Position numbers and translations under genes: made by a program
Shown: piece by piece, positions 20,701 to 29,208 of the stretch
Layout: each line of letters starts with the position of its first letter
Numbering within the stretch: the stretch's first letter is position 1
The notes under the pieces: model-generated
The model's input: only the letters and a program-made list of their open reading frames with translations
Databases searched by the model: none
Told to the model about the DNA's origin: nothing
From: an uncultured Clostridia bacterium
GTDB taxonomy: Bacteria > Bacillota > Clostridia > Christensenellales > UBA1242
DNA: 64,000 nt
Direction: 5' to 3'
NCBI GenBank assembly: GCA_947627545.1
Contig: CANQWK010000007.1
Location: 668-64,667, forward strand

Positions 20701-21117
20701 TTCAATAAGGCGTTTTTCTATGTTTAAAATGTCATATTCGTTAGACTTGTCAATTTGCAATAAACTTGCTTTAAATTTGTTTAAATTAGGCAAAATTGTA
20801 AACAAAATGTTCGGCGTGGAAAGAACAATTGTGTTGTTACAGCACAAATTATATACCGCATTTATTAAATCAAATTTATTATCTTCACTTTGAAATTTGG
20901 AAAGGGTAAAAGGCTTATCAAAATCGTCAATAACAACACATTTTTTGTTAAATGCATTAAGTTGCAACTGCATGTTTCTGGCTTCATTTATGGTTGGAAA
21001 AATTGCAATTGCATTTTCTAGTTGATTTAAAATTGCACCTTGTTCGCCAAAGCCTAAATTATTGCAAAATATAGGTTTTTTTAATAAATTGTCAATTAAA
21101 CTGTTATATCTTGGCAT
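17776..21117 (-). CDS. mfd: Transcription-repair coupling factor
   Basis: 1113 aa; helicase motif I GDVGFGKTEVA; motif II LILDEEQRFG; RNAP-interacting and TRG region; the pth-mfd gene order is typical of Bacillota. Confidence 0.93.
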   Translation of the reverse strand: MPRYNSLIDNLLKKPIFCNNLGFGEQGAILNQLENAIAIFPTINEARNMQLQLNAFNKKCVVIDDFDKPFTLSKFQSEDNKFDLINAVYNLCCNNTIVLSTPNILFTILPNLNKFKASLLQIDKSNEYDILNIEKRLIELGYKKVENVTAKGEFCRRGDILDIFNTIDETPTRLDFFDTTIEKIFSFELLTFEKQQEFNSICIAPNKLLNLAKPENEKLIAELLKFKTENNIFLDLIAVLEREEEIPLEFVAPFCKLTSIAELNLPIVFSSAIECMPKIDKLFEAINDKISSTFKDEKIIKIFKNSKNYYNFNDFLSNFAKNLIFLDNFNLNLTDLKSKLNCQVESIDFLSVKFSNFLNNLDSLKTELLKFPTKQIYLCLNNLNTINAIAKIFNQLNIPYSQNKNSKGIILTDLKFPYNICFKEDEKFYIGSTNFAHKKEVKQQVKTQIKYLPKAGEYVVHNVHGIGKCEGVVSMTVQGVEKEFFKISYLKGDILYVPCEAADSLSLYMADDNNVKLNKLGGKEFAMQKLKATKAIENMSKELIELYAKRKASKGFKYSEDDYLYMEFENAFEYEETPDQLQAIADVKRDMISGKVMDRLICGDVGFGKTEVAMRAMFKAVLDGKQVAILAPTTILSMQHYETAKKRTQNFKVNVEMLNRFKSAKEQQQILTDLSDGKINVICGTHRLLSSDVKFKDLGLLILDEEQRFGVKAKEQIKQIKNNIDVLTLSATPIPRTLSMSLMNIRDISIINTPPTNRLPIKTYVLEFNEEIIANAINDELKRGGQILVVYNSIEKIYAFASRLERAVNNPNAHFDVAHGQMTGLSLENAIKRLYENKTNVFVSTTLIENGVDLPKANTLIVIESNNLGLSQMYQLRGRVGRSNEQAYAYFTYPSNKVLSEDSSNRLQALAENTELGSGFKIAMRDLQIRGAGEILGKVQHGHLVKIGYDMYTRLLNETIKRLSGENVDIEREIKIDIALTSKIPYNFVPEEAERLKIVAKIAGISDQATAKQVISELTKTFGKLPNEIYNLTNIAIIKALGVKQKVKNITITSHKMYITFYADVNMDLLLIKVNKFKHIKFEQANLPTIALNPANFSVLTAVNYLTEFLASN

Positions 21118-21626
21118 AACTCCCCACCAATAAATTGTTCAATAAGTTTGCAGGCTTTTTCTTGCGAAGTTTTTAAAATTTCTTTGCTTTCTTGGTCTAT
21201 TGTGGAAAGCACATAATCTTTTAAATCTAGCGTTTCATCTCGACCAATGCCAACACGTAAACGAGGGGTAATGCCAACTTTGTTTACAATATCTCTAAGC
21301 CCATTGTGTGTGCCAGCTGAACCGACTAGGCGAAAACGAACTCTGCCTTTTGGTTGGTCTATATCGTCAAGCACAATTAAAATATCTTCTAACTTGCACT
21401 TGAAATATTTTTTAAGTTCGTAAACACTATCTCCACTTAAATTCATATATGTTTGCGGTTTTGCTAAAACAAAATTTTCTGCAACAGCAATTTCAGCTTT
21501 GCATTTTTTTGTGTTAAATTTAAGATTATGTTGTTTTGCAAAAAAATCTATCACACTAAACCCAACATTGTGATATGTGTTATTATATTTTCCTTCTGGG
21601 TTACCTAATCCAACTATAATTTTCAT
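21096..21626 (-). CDS. pth: Peptidyl-tRNA hydrolase
   Basis: N-terminal VGLGNPEGKYNNTYHNVGF signature; 176 aa; overlaps the mfd start by 22 nt. Confidence 0.92.
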   Translation of the reverse strand: MKIIVGLGNPEGKYNNTYHNVGFSVIDFFAKQHNLKFNTKKCKAEIAVAENFVLAKPQTYMNLSGDSVYELKKYFKCKLEDILIVLDDIDQPKGRVRFRLVGSAGTHNGLRDIVNKVGITPRLRVGIGRDETLDLKDYVLSTIDQESKEILKTSQEKACKLIEQFIGGELCQDITV

Positions 21627-21900
21627 ATTGATATTATACCATATTTTATTTAAATTTCAACTAGGTTTTAATTTTTATTTTAAACAAAAAAATATAGTAA
21701 TTGAAAATTATAAAAATTATTAAAAATATCATAGTGAAAAATTCAAAAAATTTAAAAAAAATACAAAATATACTTATTGAAAAATATAAAAAATCTAAAA
21801 AAATTGCTAAAAATACATGTAATTTTGCGTTTTTTAGGCTAATTTTGGTTAATTTTTAAAATTTTTAGCCTATTTTTTAAAACTTTTTTAAAAAAATATC

Positions 21901-21928
21901 TTGACAGATTAAAATTTTGAGTTATAAT
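21901..21928 (+). promoter_or_regulatory. Near-consensus promoter upstream of the small hypothetical gene
   Basis: TTGACA (21901-21906), 16-nt spacer, TATAAT (21923-21928). Confidence 0.6.
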
Positions 21929-22057
21929 ACCGCTGTTATTATTTTACCGCCAATTTAAGTACGTTAATTTCTGTAAAAATAAGCACATTAAAAAGTGCAA
22001 ATTAATAAAAAACAAAAGATGACGCAACAAATAAAATTAGGCTCAGCGGAGAAAATT

Positions 22058-22369
22058 ATGAAAGGATTAAAAGTTTATAATTTATCTAAATTTAGCAACG
22101 AAGAAGCAAAAGAAATCGCAGAAAAGGGATTTAATGTTGCAGGAGATTTTTTGTATGTAAATGAATATAGTGCAGAATTAATTGAACAAATTATTAAAAA
22201 GTATCGCAAAGCTAAATCGGACGAAGAAAAAAGTATTGATGTTAAAGCAACTAACAAATTTAGTAATGAAGATGTTTTAAATGAAAATAAAAATGGCATA
22301 TATAATTATGCTAAGTTTGGCAAAGTGGAAAAAATTGATTATTCTAAAAAAACAAATAGAAATTTTTAA
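22058..22369 (+). CDS. Hypothetical protein (103 aa from the ATG at 22058; the track gives 21995)
   Basis: SD ggag (22048-22051) 6 nt upstream of the ATG at 22058, in frame with the track ORF. A terminator lies at 22436-22463. I recognised no motif. Confidence 0.45.
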   Translation: MKGLKVYNLSKFSNEEAKEIAEKGFNVAGDFLYVNEYSAELIEQIIKKYRKAKSDEEKSIDVKATNKFSNEDVLNENKNGIYNYAKFGKVEKIDYSKKTNRNF

Positions 22370-22554
22370 TTCTTAAATAATTTTTAATTAAAATTTGTAA
22401 AAAACAACAAAAATTGAAAATTTAATAGAAAAATAATAAAAAAGCACCAAGTGTGCTTTTTTTGATGTTATAAATAATGTTTTAATGAAAATAAAAGAAT
22501 TTATTAATTATAATTGTAAATTAAAAGTGTAAATAAAAAAGGTGCTAACAGCAC

Positions 22555-23841
22555 CTAAATTTTATCTAATTCTTCAGTTATTTTCGCTTTGTTTATATGT
22601 TGACCAATAAACACGAGTTTGACCATTCTATCGCCATAAGTTTCGTCCCAATCATGACGGAATTTTTCATCATTTAAAAGCAATTGCTCAATTTGATATT
22701 TTGGAAGGGTGGCATACCATGGTCCATTTTCACTTAAAACTTTTTGCCTACCTGCTTGCTCGTAAATATAACTCATGTTTTTGTCATTTGAAAAGTAAAC
22801 AAGTCCTTTTGTTCTAATTATTTGTTTTCCGTAATCTTTGTTTGCCCAATCTTCAAATTTTAGCCTATCAAAAGGGCGTCTGCGATAATAAACAAATGTG
22901 CCAATTCCATATTCTTCTGTTTCACCGCCTTCGTGTTCATGGTAATGCTCGTGGTGGTGTTCGTGATGCCCATGATGTTCGCCGTCTTTATGTTCATGTT
23001 CATTTTCATCGTGTTCGTCTTCGTCATCATCATGGTTTTCATCGTTATGTTCATTGTGATTAGCGTGTTTATGTTCGTTCTGCTCAACCACTGTTTCTTC
23101 GTCAAGGTCTTTGTCTATTTCTTGAAACCAACCAGCAGACGTTAGAACATTTTCCATATCAAAAAGGTTAGTATCTAAAATTTCTTTTAAATCCACATTA
23201 GAATAATCCGCCTCAATCATTTTTGCTTTTGGCTGCAAATTTTTAATTATGCGTTTAACTCGTTTTAATTCTTCGCGACTAACTTCACTTACTTTATTCA
23301 TTATTAAAATATCACAAAATTCTATTTGCTGAATAACTAAATTTTCAATGTCCTCTTCTTCAATGTCTTTCTTTAAAAGTTCATCTCCACAGCCAAATTC
23401 TTGCACCATGCGCAAAGTGTCAACCACACTTATTATTGCGTCTAGTTTGCAATAAACAGGCATGCCTTGTTTTTTAAAACTTTCAGTTAAAAAATTTATT
23501 GTTTGAGCAATAGGCATTGGCTCACAAATTCCGCTTGCTTCAATTATAATGTGGTCAAACCTTTTTTGCTTAATAATATCGTGAAGTTGTTCAATTAAAT
23601 CCTTTCGCAAAGTGCAACAAATACAGCCGTTTTGTAATGCTACAAGACTTTCTTCTTTTTTGTTTACAATTCCACCTTTTTCAATTAAATCAGCGTCTAT
23701 GTTAACTTCGCCAATATCATTAACAATAACTGCCACTTTATATCCTTTTGTGTTAGAAAGAATATGATTAAGTAAAGTGGTTTTTCCGCTGCCTAAATAA
23801 CCAGTAACAAGAGTAATTGGAATAGTTTTAAAATCTTTCAT
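22555..23841 (-). CDS. COG0523/CobW-family GTPase (putative zinc metallochaperone) with a His/Glu/Asp-rich insert
   Basis: Walker A GYLGSGKTT, GCICC metal motif (NGCICCTLR), and a His-rich stretch HKHANHNEHNDENHDDDEDEHDENEHEHKDGEHHGHHEHHHEHYHEHE. I prefer the ATG at 23841 (SD ggag) over the track's TTG at 23862. A hairpin terminator overlaps the stop (22534-22556). Confidence 0.85.
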   Translation of the reverse strand: MKDFKTIPITLVTGYLGSGKTTLLNHILSNTKGYKVAVIVNDIGEVNIDADLIEKGGIVNKKEESLVALQNGCICCTLRKDLIEQLHDIIKQKRFDHIIIEASGICEPMPIAQTINFLTESFKKQGMPVYCKLDAIISVVDTLRMVQEFGCGDELLKKDIEEEDIENLVIQQIEFCDILIMNKVSEVSREELKRVKRIIKNLQPKAKMIEADYSNVDLKEILDTNLFDMENVLTSAGWFQEIDKDLDEETVVEQNEHKHANHNEHNDENHDDDEDEHDENEHEHKDGEHHGHHEHHHEHYHEHEGGETEEYGIGTFVYYRRRPFDRLKFEDWANKDYGKQIIRTKGLVYFSNDKNMSYIYEQAGRQKVLSENGPWYATLPKYQIEQLLLNDEKFRHDWDETYGDRMVKLVFIGQHINKAKITEELDKI

Positions 23842-23945
23842 AAAATCTCCTTTAATTTGCAATTTGCCAATGATAAAACATTACATCACGAAAATTTAAA
23901 GAAGGGAAGAGTTATTATCTCGTTCTTTATTAAACTTTCTAATTT

Positions 23946-25586
23946 TTAGTTCTTTTTTAGTTCTTGATATTTCTCTGAAACTTGTTGTGCTTGCAACCTT
24001 TCAAACAATAAATTATTGTTTGCAACTGTTAAATTTTTTCCAATTTCAACCGGTTGCCAAGTAAAAGTTTTGTCTAAATTAAGTTTTTCTTTAATTTTTA
24101 AACAAGTATCTGGAATAAACGGTCCAAACAAATTTGCAATGTTAGCCATCATGTACACGCAAGTGTATGTGGTGTTATTAAATCCGTTTATATCTTCAAC
24201 AACTTGAATCCAAGGTTTTTGGTCATCATAATATTTGTTTCCAGCGCTAACATAGGCCATAGCCGTATCAAGCGCCTGCCTTAATTTGCCTTGCTCAATT
24301 AATGAACCAACTTTATCAAATGTTTCAGTTGTTAAATTTTTAATGTTTTCGTCAACTTTGCCATTTGGAATTTTTCCATCAAATTTTTTATTTATATAAG
24401 ATAAATTTCTATTTACAAAATTACCAAGCACGCCAACCATAAATTTATTGTGAATTTGAACAAAATCATCAATAGAAAAATTTATATCTTTTGTTTCTGG
24501 TCCGTTTGCCAACATGTAATAACGAATAGAATCCTTAGGAAATAAAGCTATTAAATGGTTAATGCTAATTAAATTGCCTTTACTTTTAGACATCTTCTCG
24601 TTGTTCATATTTACATATTCGCAAGATATAATGTAATCAGGCAAATTAATATTTTCATCAATCGACATTAACAATGCTGGAAAAATTACTGTATGGAAAG
24701 GAATGTTGTCTTTACCGTGGGCATAATAAGAGATAACGTTTCCTTTTTTCATAAACTCTTCAAAATTAATGTTTCTTGACTCTGCAACTTGTTGACCGGC
24801 TGTTAAATAACCTAGCACAGCCTCTATCCATACATAAATTTTTTTATCTTCAAACCCTTCAAATGGAACATCAACACCCCAAGACAACTGCCTTGTTACA
24901 GCCCTATCTATCAAACCCATATCTAAAAATTTATTTGTTTCACTTGTAGCGTTAATTCTCCACTGACCTTGCCTTTGCTCATTCAATTCCTTAACTTTAT
25001 TTTGAAATTTTGAAAGAGCAAAATATAGATGTGTATTTGATTTTTGAATAGTTGGAGAATGACATATACTGCATCTTTTATTTAAAACTTCAGAAGCATT
25101 CAATGTTGCCGAACAGTCATCACATTGGTCACCCTTAGCAACGCCTCCGCAATGTGGGCATACACCTATTATTTCACGGTCAGATAAAAATGTTTTACAT
25201 TCTGGACAATAATCTTGCATTTCTGCCTTTTTGTAGATGAATCCATTATCCATTATCTTTTTTAAATATTTTTTAACATTTTGTTCATGATATTGTGTCA
25301 TTGTTGAAGTGTAGAGGTCAAATGAAAAATCTAAATCTTTAAAATTTTTCACAAATTCTTCGTGATAATGTTGTGCAATTTTTTCTGGTGAAATTCCCTC
25401 TTTTTTTGCTCTAACAGTTATTGGCGTTCCGTGAGAATCTGTGCCAGACACATATATAACATTATCTCCGTGTTCTCTATAATACCTTGCAATTACATCT
25501 CCTGGTAACAAAGCTGCCAAATGCCCAACATGTAAAGAATTATTTGCATAAGGCCAAGCTCCTCCTATAAAAATATTTTTATTCAT
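23946..25586 (-). CDS. metG: Methionine--tRNA ligase (short form, zinc-knuckle type)
   Basis: HIGH-type SLHVGH, KMSKS present, and CPECKTF...CPHCGG plus CDDCSATL...CSICHS knuckles. I prefer the ATG at 25586 (SD aggagga), which gives MNKNIFIGGAWPYANN. Confidence 0.92.
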   Translation of the reverse strand: MNKNIFIGGAWPYANNSLHVGHLAALLPGDVIARYYREHGDNVIYVSGTDSHGTPITVRAKKEGISPEKIAQHYHEEFVKNFKDLDFSFDLYTSTMTQYHEQNVKKYLKKIMDNGFIYKKAEMQDYCPECKTFLSDREIIGVCPHCGGVAKGDQCDDCSATLNASEVLNKRCSICHSPTIQKSNTHLYFALSKFQNKVKELNEQRQGQWRINATSETNKFLDMGLIDRAVTRQLSWGVDVPFEGFEDKKIYVWIEAVLGYLTAGQQVAESRNINFEEFMKKGNVISYYAHGKDNIPFHTVIFPALLMSIDENINLPDYIISCEYVNMNNEKMSKSKGNLISINHLIALFPKDSIRYYMLANGPETKDINFSIDDFVQIHNKFMVGVLGNFVNRNLSYINKKFDGKIPNGKVDENIKNLTTETFDKVGSLIEQGKLRQALDTAMAYVSAGNKYYDDQKPWIQVVEDINGFNNTTYTCVYMMANIANLFGPFIPDTCLKIKEKLNLDKTFTWQPVEIGKNLTVANNNLLFERLQAQQVSEKYQELKKN

Positions 25587-25596
25587 ATAAATCCTC

Positions 25597-25659
25597 CTAC
25601 AATAAGATTTCATTCCATTTTTTATATTTTATAAAACATATCTTTTTATGTTTGTTCAT
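25597..25659 (-). CDS. Candidate 20-aa leader peptide (uORF) in the metG leader: MNKHKKICFIKYKKWNEILL
   Basis: ATG at 25659 preceded by SD aaaaggag at 7-nt spacing. Its TAG stop (25597-25599) is embedded in the metG SD (gTAGgagga). Confidence 0.35.
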   Translation of the reverse strand: MNKHKKICFIKYKKWNEILL

Positions 25660-25720
25660 GATTTTACTCCTTTTAACTTCTAACTAAAAAGGGGGAAAAC
25701 ACGTATATGTTAGCGTAGAT

Positions 25721-25749
25721 ATATTAGCACAATCATTTATAAAAGTCAA
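25721..25749 (-). promoter_or_regulatory. Extended -10 promoter for the metG leader
   Basis: On the minus strand: TTGACT (25749-25744), 17-nt spacer ending TGc, TAATAT (25726-25721). Confidence 0.6.
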
Positions 25750-25751
25750 AT

Positions 25752-25798
25752 AAAAAAACCGCACACATGCGGTTTTGATTAAAAAGGGCAAATAGCCC
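25752..25798 (-). terminator. Two consecutive hairpin terminators downstream of tRNA-fMet
   Basis: gggc-aaata-gccc (25786-25798) with a U-run, then accgca-caca-tgcggt (25758-25773) flanked by A7 and T4. Confidence 0.7.
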
Positions 25799-25801
25799 AT
25801 T

Positions 25802-25878
25802 TGGTTGCGGGGATTGGATTTGAACCAATGACCTCAGGGTTATGAGCCCTGCGAGCTGCCGTGCTGCTCCACCCCGCG
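25802..25878 (-). tRNA. Initiator tRNA-fMet (anticodon CAT), CCA encoded
   Basis: The reverse complement reads CGCGGGGTGGAGCAGCACGGCAGCTCGCAGGGCTCATAACCCTGAGGTCATTGGTTCAAATCCAATCCCCGCAACCA. It has the C1-A72 mismatch, three G-C pairs closing the anticodon stem and a CUCAUAA loop, very close to the E. coli tRNA-fMet pattern. Confidence 0.95.
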
Positions 25879-25899
25879 ATGTTATTTTAGGTTGTTTTT

Positions 25900-25928
25900 A
25901 GTATAACATATTATGCGTGTTGTGTCAA
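25900..25928 (-). promoter_or_regulatory. Consensus-like promoter for tRNA-fMet
   Basis: On the minus strand: TTGACA (25928-25923), 17-nt spacer ending TGt, TATACT (25905-25900); about 20 nt upstream of the tRNA 5' end. Confidence 0.65.
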
Positions 25929-26050
25929 TAATTTTACAAAAAAAATTTAAAAATTTTAACTTTTTGCGTGGTTTTTTAATGTTTTTTATATATTTTTTGC
26001 CGAATTTTTTAAATTTTTATTAAATTGTTGAAGTTTTTAAATTAAAACAA

Positions 26051-26071
26051 AAAACCAGCGAGGCTGGTTTT
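26051..26071. terminator. Bidirectional hairpin terminator downstream of the VirD4-like gene
   Basis: aaaaccagc-gag-gctggtttt, flanked by A-run and T-run. Confidence 0.7.
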
Positions 26072-26152
26072 TGATTTTTATTATTTTACTTTATTTTAAA
26101 CTTTTTAATTGGTTTATCTTGAATTTTAATTGTTTTATGTGCTTACAAATTT

Positions 26153-28177
26153 CTAGAATAAATCGTCGTCGTCATCATCGTCTTCATCTGCACCATTTTG
26201 TTTTGCTAAAAGGGAGTTGCGAGATTTAATATCGTAGAAAACTTTGGCTTCGTCTAACAACCTTTTTTGAGAATAAGATGTGCCAATTTTTGTTAAATCG
26301 AAGCATTTATTTAAATAAGCAGGAGTAATGGTTGTTTTTAGTGCAGCATTTGGAGTAAAGGTTTTTATTGCAACTTTACCTTCATCTCTAAATGTTGGCA
26401 ATTGTTCAGGGTAAGCAATTGGAATAGATAAATTTTGACTGCTGTAAGATTTACTTTCTTTGCCGTCTGGTCCAACGCTTTTATTTACATTTTCTTGCAC
26501 AATGGTTTTTTTGCCTAAAAGTTCGCTGAACTCTTTGTTTGTGGTTGTGTCTTCCGATGCAATATAAACTTGAATAGGGCAGTTATCTTTAATGATTTTG
26601 CCTTCGTCTTGACCATAAACCTGATATAATTGGCTATAAGATTGAACGCAAAGTTCAAAGAAAATTCCACGGCTACGACCGACAGTCATAGTAGAACCCC
26701 ATTCAGGGAATTTTGGCATGTTACCAAATTCATCTAGCATAAAGTAAACGTGCCTTTTTAATTCTCCACCTAAACTTTGTGCTTTTTCAACCAAACGTTT
26801 GTACAATTGAGTAACGAACAAAATTGCAAGCGAGTAACGAGTTCTAATTTCATCTGGAATAATTAGGAATATTGCGGTTGGTTTTTCGTCTATTTGAACA
26901 AAATCAACTTCAGTTTTTTCGGTTAAGAAGCAGATACCGGTATCGTTAAACATAACCATTTTGTTAGAAACAAAGCCCATATAGTTTTTTGTTGTGGATT
27001 CTGCATTTTGAAGGGCGGTAGAAGCAAGGTCATGAACCTTAGAAAATTGGTCGCGATAGTTAAACAAATATTGTTTTATTGTGGCATAAGTGTCCCTGCC
27101 ACTATCGGTTATGTTACATATTTTTGCTACATTATAGAAATTAAATTTTTCTCGTGTCATACCAAGTTCTGGAATTCGGCTATCTTCCAACATTGCTATA
27201 ATAACCGCTTTAATTAGGTTTTGTGCGGCCTTTTCCCAGCTTGGGTCCTTGCCTGATTCAATTGGGGCAATGGTGGTACAAGTGTCGTTAATGGAGTCAA
27301 ATGCCTTATCAACTAATTCTCGCGCCAAAACTTTTTGGTCTTGTTCTAATATTTCTTTATCGACATAGGCTTTGCCGTCAAATTCAAACCATGCGTTTGT
27401 GGTAAAATCAAACTGACGTTGAATTATTACATTGTGGTTTTTAGGGTTATCTCCTGCTGGGTGAACTTTAACTTCTTTGTCTAGGTTAAAACTGCGAGTG
27501 TACATATCGTAAGGATAAGTTAGCGGATTCCATTGCACCGAAGCAAACGGCGTACGCAAATCCAACACTTTTACATCGTAACCTTCATTTTTCAATTTGT
27601 TTGCACATAAATTATACAATTCGCCCTTTGGGTCGGTTATAACAAAAGATGGTTTTGCTGCTGTCATGCTCATAAGTTGAAGTGATGGGACTACAAATCG
27701 TTGTGTTTTACCGGCAGATGTTGTTCCTACAACTAAGGTGTGAATTGGTTGAACAAAATTAATTTCGGTGGTGTTGCCTTTAAGTTGTGCACGCACCAAT
27801 ATGCCATCTTTTTTGCAATTTCGCAAAGTTGCAATTGTGTTAGGGTTAAAATCTTTGTTTTTTGCTAAATCTTCATCGGTTAAAAAATCCCTACTAAAAA
27901 ATTGTTTTGTTTCCTTGCCTTTTTCGTCTTTAACCTTATCTTCCGCCTTGCCGGTTTTTTTATCACTTTTGCCGTCTATTAACTTCATAAGGTCAAACAC
28001 CAATAACAAACCTTCGGCAACAAATGTAACAATAAAAGGTATTCCGTCTTTTGTAATGTATGATATATCAAAAGATAACTGCTTGTCTTTTATATAAGAT
28101 GTTGCAAGCACGGCAATAACAAAAATTGCAATTGCACTAATTATATATTTTAAAACTACCTTTCCAAAATGCTTCAT
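26153..28177 (-). CDS. Type IV coupling protein (VirD4/TraG/TcpA-like ATPase)
   Basis: Two N-terminal TM helices, Walker A VVGTTSAGKTQR, Walker B VYFMLDEFGNMP, and a C-terminal poly-Asp tail (GADEDDDDDDDLF). I prefer the ATG at 28177 (MKHFGK, SD aaagga) over the track's 28240. Confidence 0.8.
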   Translation of the reverse strand: MKHFGKVVLKYIISAIAIFVIAVLATSYIKDKQLSFDISYITKDGIPFIVTFVAEGLLLVFDLMKLIDGKSDKKTGKAEDKVKDEKGKETKQFFSRDFLTDEDLAKNKDFNPNTIATLRNCKKDGILVRAQLKGNTTEINFVQPIHTLVVGTTSAGKTQRFVVPSLQLMSMTAAKPSFVITDPKGELYNLCANKLKNEGYDVKVLDLRTPFASVQWNPLTYPYDMYTRSFNLDKEVKVHPAGDNPKNHNVIIQRQFDFTTNAWFEFDGKAYVDKEILEQDQKVLARELVDKAFDSINDTCTTIAPIESGKDPSWEKAAQNLIKAVIIAMLEDSRIPELGMTREKFNFYNVAKICNITDSGRDTYATIKQYLFNYRDQFSKVHDLASTALQNAESTTKNYMGFVSNKMVMFNDTGICFLTEKTEVDFVQIDEKPTAIFLIIPDEIRTRYSLAILFVTQLYKRLVEKAQSLGGELKRHVYFMLDEFGNMPKFPEWGSTMTVGRSRGIFFELCVQSYSQLYQVYGQDEGKIIKDNCPIQVYIASEDTTTNKEFSELLGKKTIVQENVNKSVGPDGKESKSYSSQNLSIPIAYPEQLPTFRDEGKVAIKTFTPNAALKTTITPAYLNKCFDLTKIGTSYSQKRLLDEAKVFYDIKSRNSLLAKQNGADEDDDDDDDLF

Positions 28178-28444
28178 AGATATTCCTTTTAATAAAATAA
28201 TATATACATTATAATTGCATTTTAAAATAAAGTCAAACATTTTTGTATCATTAAGTTTTTGTTTAGGCTGACAAAAAGAAATTCAGTTTTTGCATAATAA
28301 ATTAAAAATAATGCAAAATAATAAAGATTTAAAAAATTTTTAAATTTTTATGCAAAAACAGTTGATTTTAAAATTTTAACTTGTTAGTATAAATACATAA
28401 ATTGACGTAATTTGACATTTTGCGTCGTTTAAAGGGGGAAATTT

Positions 28445-28738
28445 ATGGGAAGATTATTAGCAGGTGTTAGCACATCTTATGGTTGGTTAAACACTTTAAT
28501 TGATGCTGTTATTGGTTTAATTAATCCTATTTTGATTGTTGCATCAGTTGCAGGTATTGTTTATGCAATTTGGGTAGGTGTTAAATTTGTTAAAGCCGAT
28601 GATAAAACAAAAAGAGATGAAGCTAAACAACACTTAATTATGGTTATTGTTGGTATTGTGGTTGTTGTTTTGTTAATCGCTTTGTTCTATTTCTTAGCTT
28701 ACAACATTGACAACATCATCTCGCAAACTCAATTCTAA
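28445..28738 (+). CDS. Small two-TM membrane protein (VirB2/TrbC-pilin-like topology)
   Basis: 97 aa; two hydrophobic helices separated by the charged loop KFVKADDKTKRDEAKQH; SD aaaggggg; first gene of the operon divergent from the coupling protein gene. Confidence 0.45.
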   Translation: MGRLLAGVSTSYGWLNTLIDAVIGLINPILIVASVAGIVYAIWVGVKFVKADDKTKRDEAKQHLIMVIVGIVVVVLLIALFYFLAYNIDNIISQTQF

Positions 28739-28748
28739 GAGGTGGAAT

Positions 28749-29147
28749 ATGAAAAAAAAGTTTTTAACATTCGCTTTAATTTTAATGGTTTGTTGTTCTG
28801 CAATTTTCATTATGGCAGGTTGTGATGGTGAACCAACATATAAATTATCTTGCAATATAGGGACAGAACTTGATCCTATACCATTTGCTTTAAATGCTGA
28901 TGCTGATATGACTAATCGCAATGAAAGGAATGATATTATAATTGCAGGCTTAACCTCTGCCGGTGCAGTATTTAATTTAATTGAAAATGCAAAAGATGAA
29001 GGTATGTCAGTTCCGAATCAATTACCTATTAACGATGTTATCAATGGTGGCTCTGTATTGGGGTTTTCAGTTAATGCACCAGGAACATTTAAAATGACAG
29101 TTACTTATCAGGGTTACTCTTGCTATATTTATTATACAGTGGCATAA
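28749..29147 (+). CDS. Small lipoprotein (132 aa)
   Basis: MKKKFLTFALILMVCCSAIFIMAGC lipobox; SD aagaggtgg upstream of the ATG at 28749, in frame within track ORF 28707..29147. Confidence 0.65.
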   Translation: MKKKFLTFALILMVCCSAIFIMAGCDGEPTYKLSCNIGTELDPIPFALNADADMTNRNERNDIIIAGLTSAGAVFNLIENAKDEGMSVPNQLPINDVINGGSVLGFSVNAPGTFKMTVTYQGYSCYIYYTVA

Positions 29148-29184
29148 CATTAAAAGCAGTAATTAAAGAAATTGATATTATTTA

Positions 29185-29208
29185 AACGAGAGATATCTCT
29201 CGTTTTTT
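29185..29208 (+). terminator. Hairpin terminator after the lipoprotein gene
   Basis: aacgagagat/atctctcgtt perfect palindrome followed by a T6 run. Confidence 0.8.

Noticed and set aside
22842-23145. Three overlapping small ORFs (22842..23063, 22860..23105, 22933..23145) with odd repetitive products.
   Set aside because: They are alternative-frame and antisense readings of the CAT/CAC/GAT/GAA-rich DNA that encodes the His/Asp/Glu insert of the COG0523 GTPase.
23869-23882. Palindrome-like AATGATAAAACATT upstream of the COG0523 gene as a Zur or Fur box.
   Set aside because: Only 4-bp arms pair (AATG/CATT). The match to the Bacillota Zur (TCGTAATnATTACGA) and Fur (TGATAATnATTATCA) consensus sequences is poor when aligned by hand.
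25587-25720. T-box leaders upstream of metG, and of tyrS at 8578-8764.
   Set aside because: I looked for specifier-loop, AGAGA and T-box core (GGTGGTACCGCG-like) sequences and for GC-rich stem I structures, and found none. A covariance-model scan would be needed to exclude a highly degenerate element.
25802-25878. tRNA-fMet as the integration site of the adjacent T4SS-like locus.
   Set aside because: The locus lies on the 5' (promoter) side of the tRNA, whereas tRNA-targeting elements insert at the 3' end. I saw no duplicated tRNA 3' segment or integrase between 25.9 and 37 kb.
21995-28240. Track start codons at 21995, 23862, 25613 and 28240 (this span), and likewise 6780, 17694, 28707, 53232, 56576 and 59864 elsewhere.
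   Set aside because: In each case the track starts at the most upstream TTG, GTG or ATG. An in-frame downstream ATG or GTG with a properly spaced GGAG-type SD and a sensible N-terminus (signal peptide, lipobox or conserved motif) fits better, so I adjusted the coordinates in the feature list.
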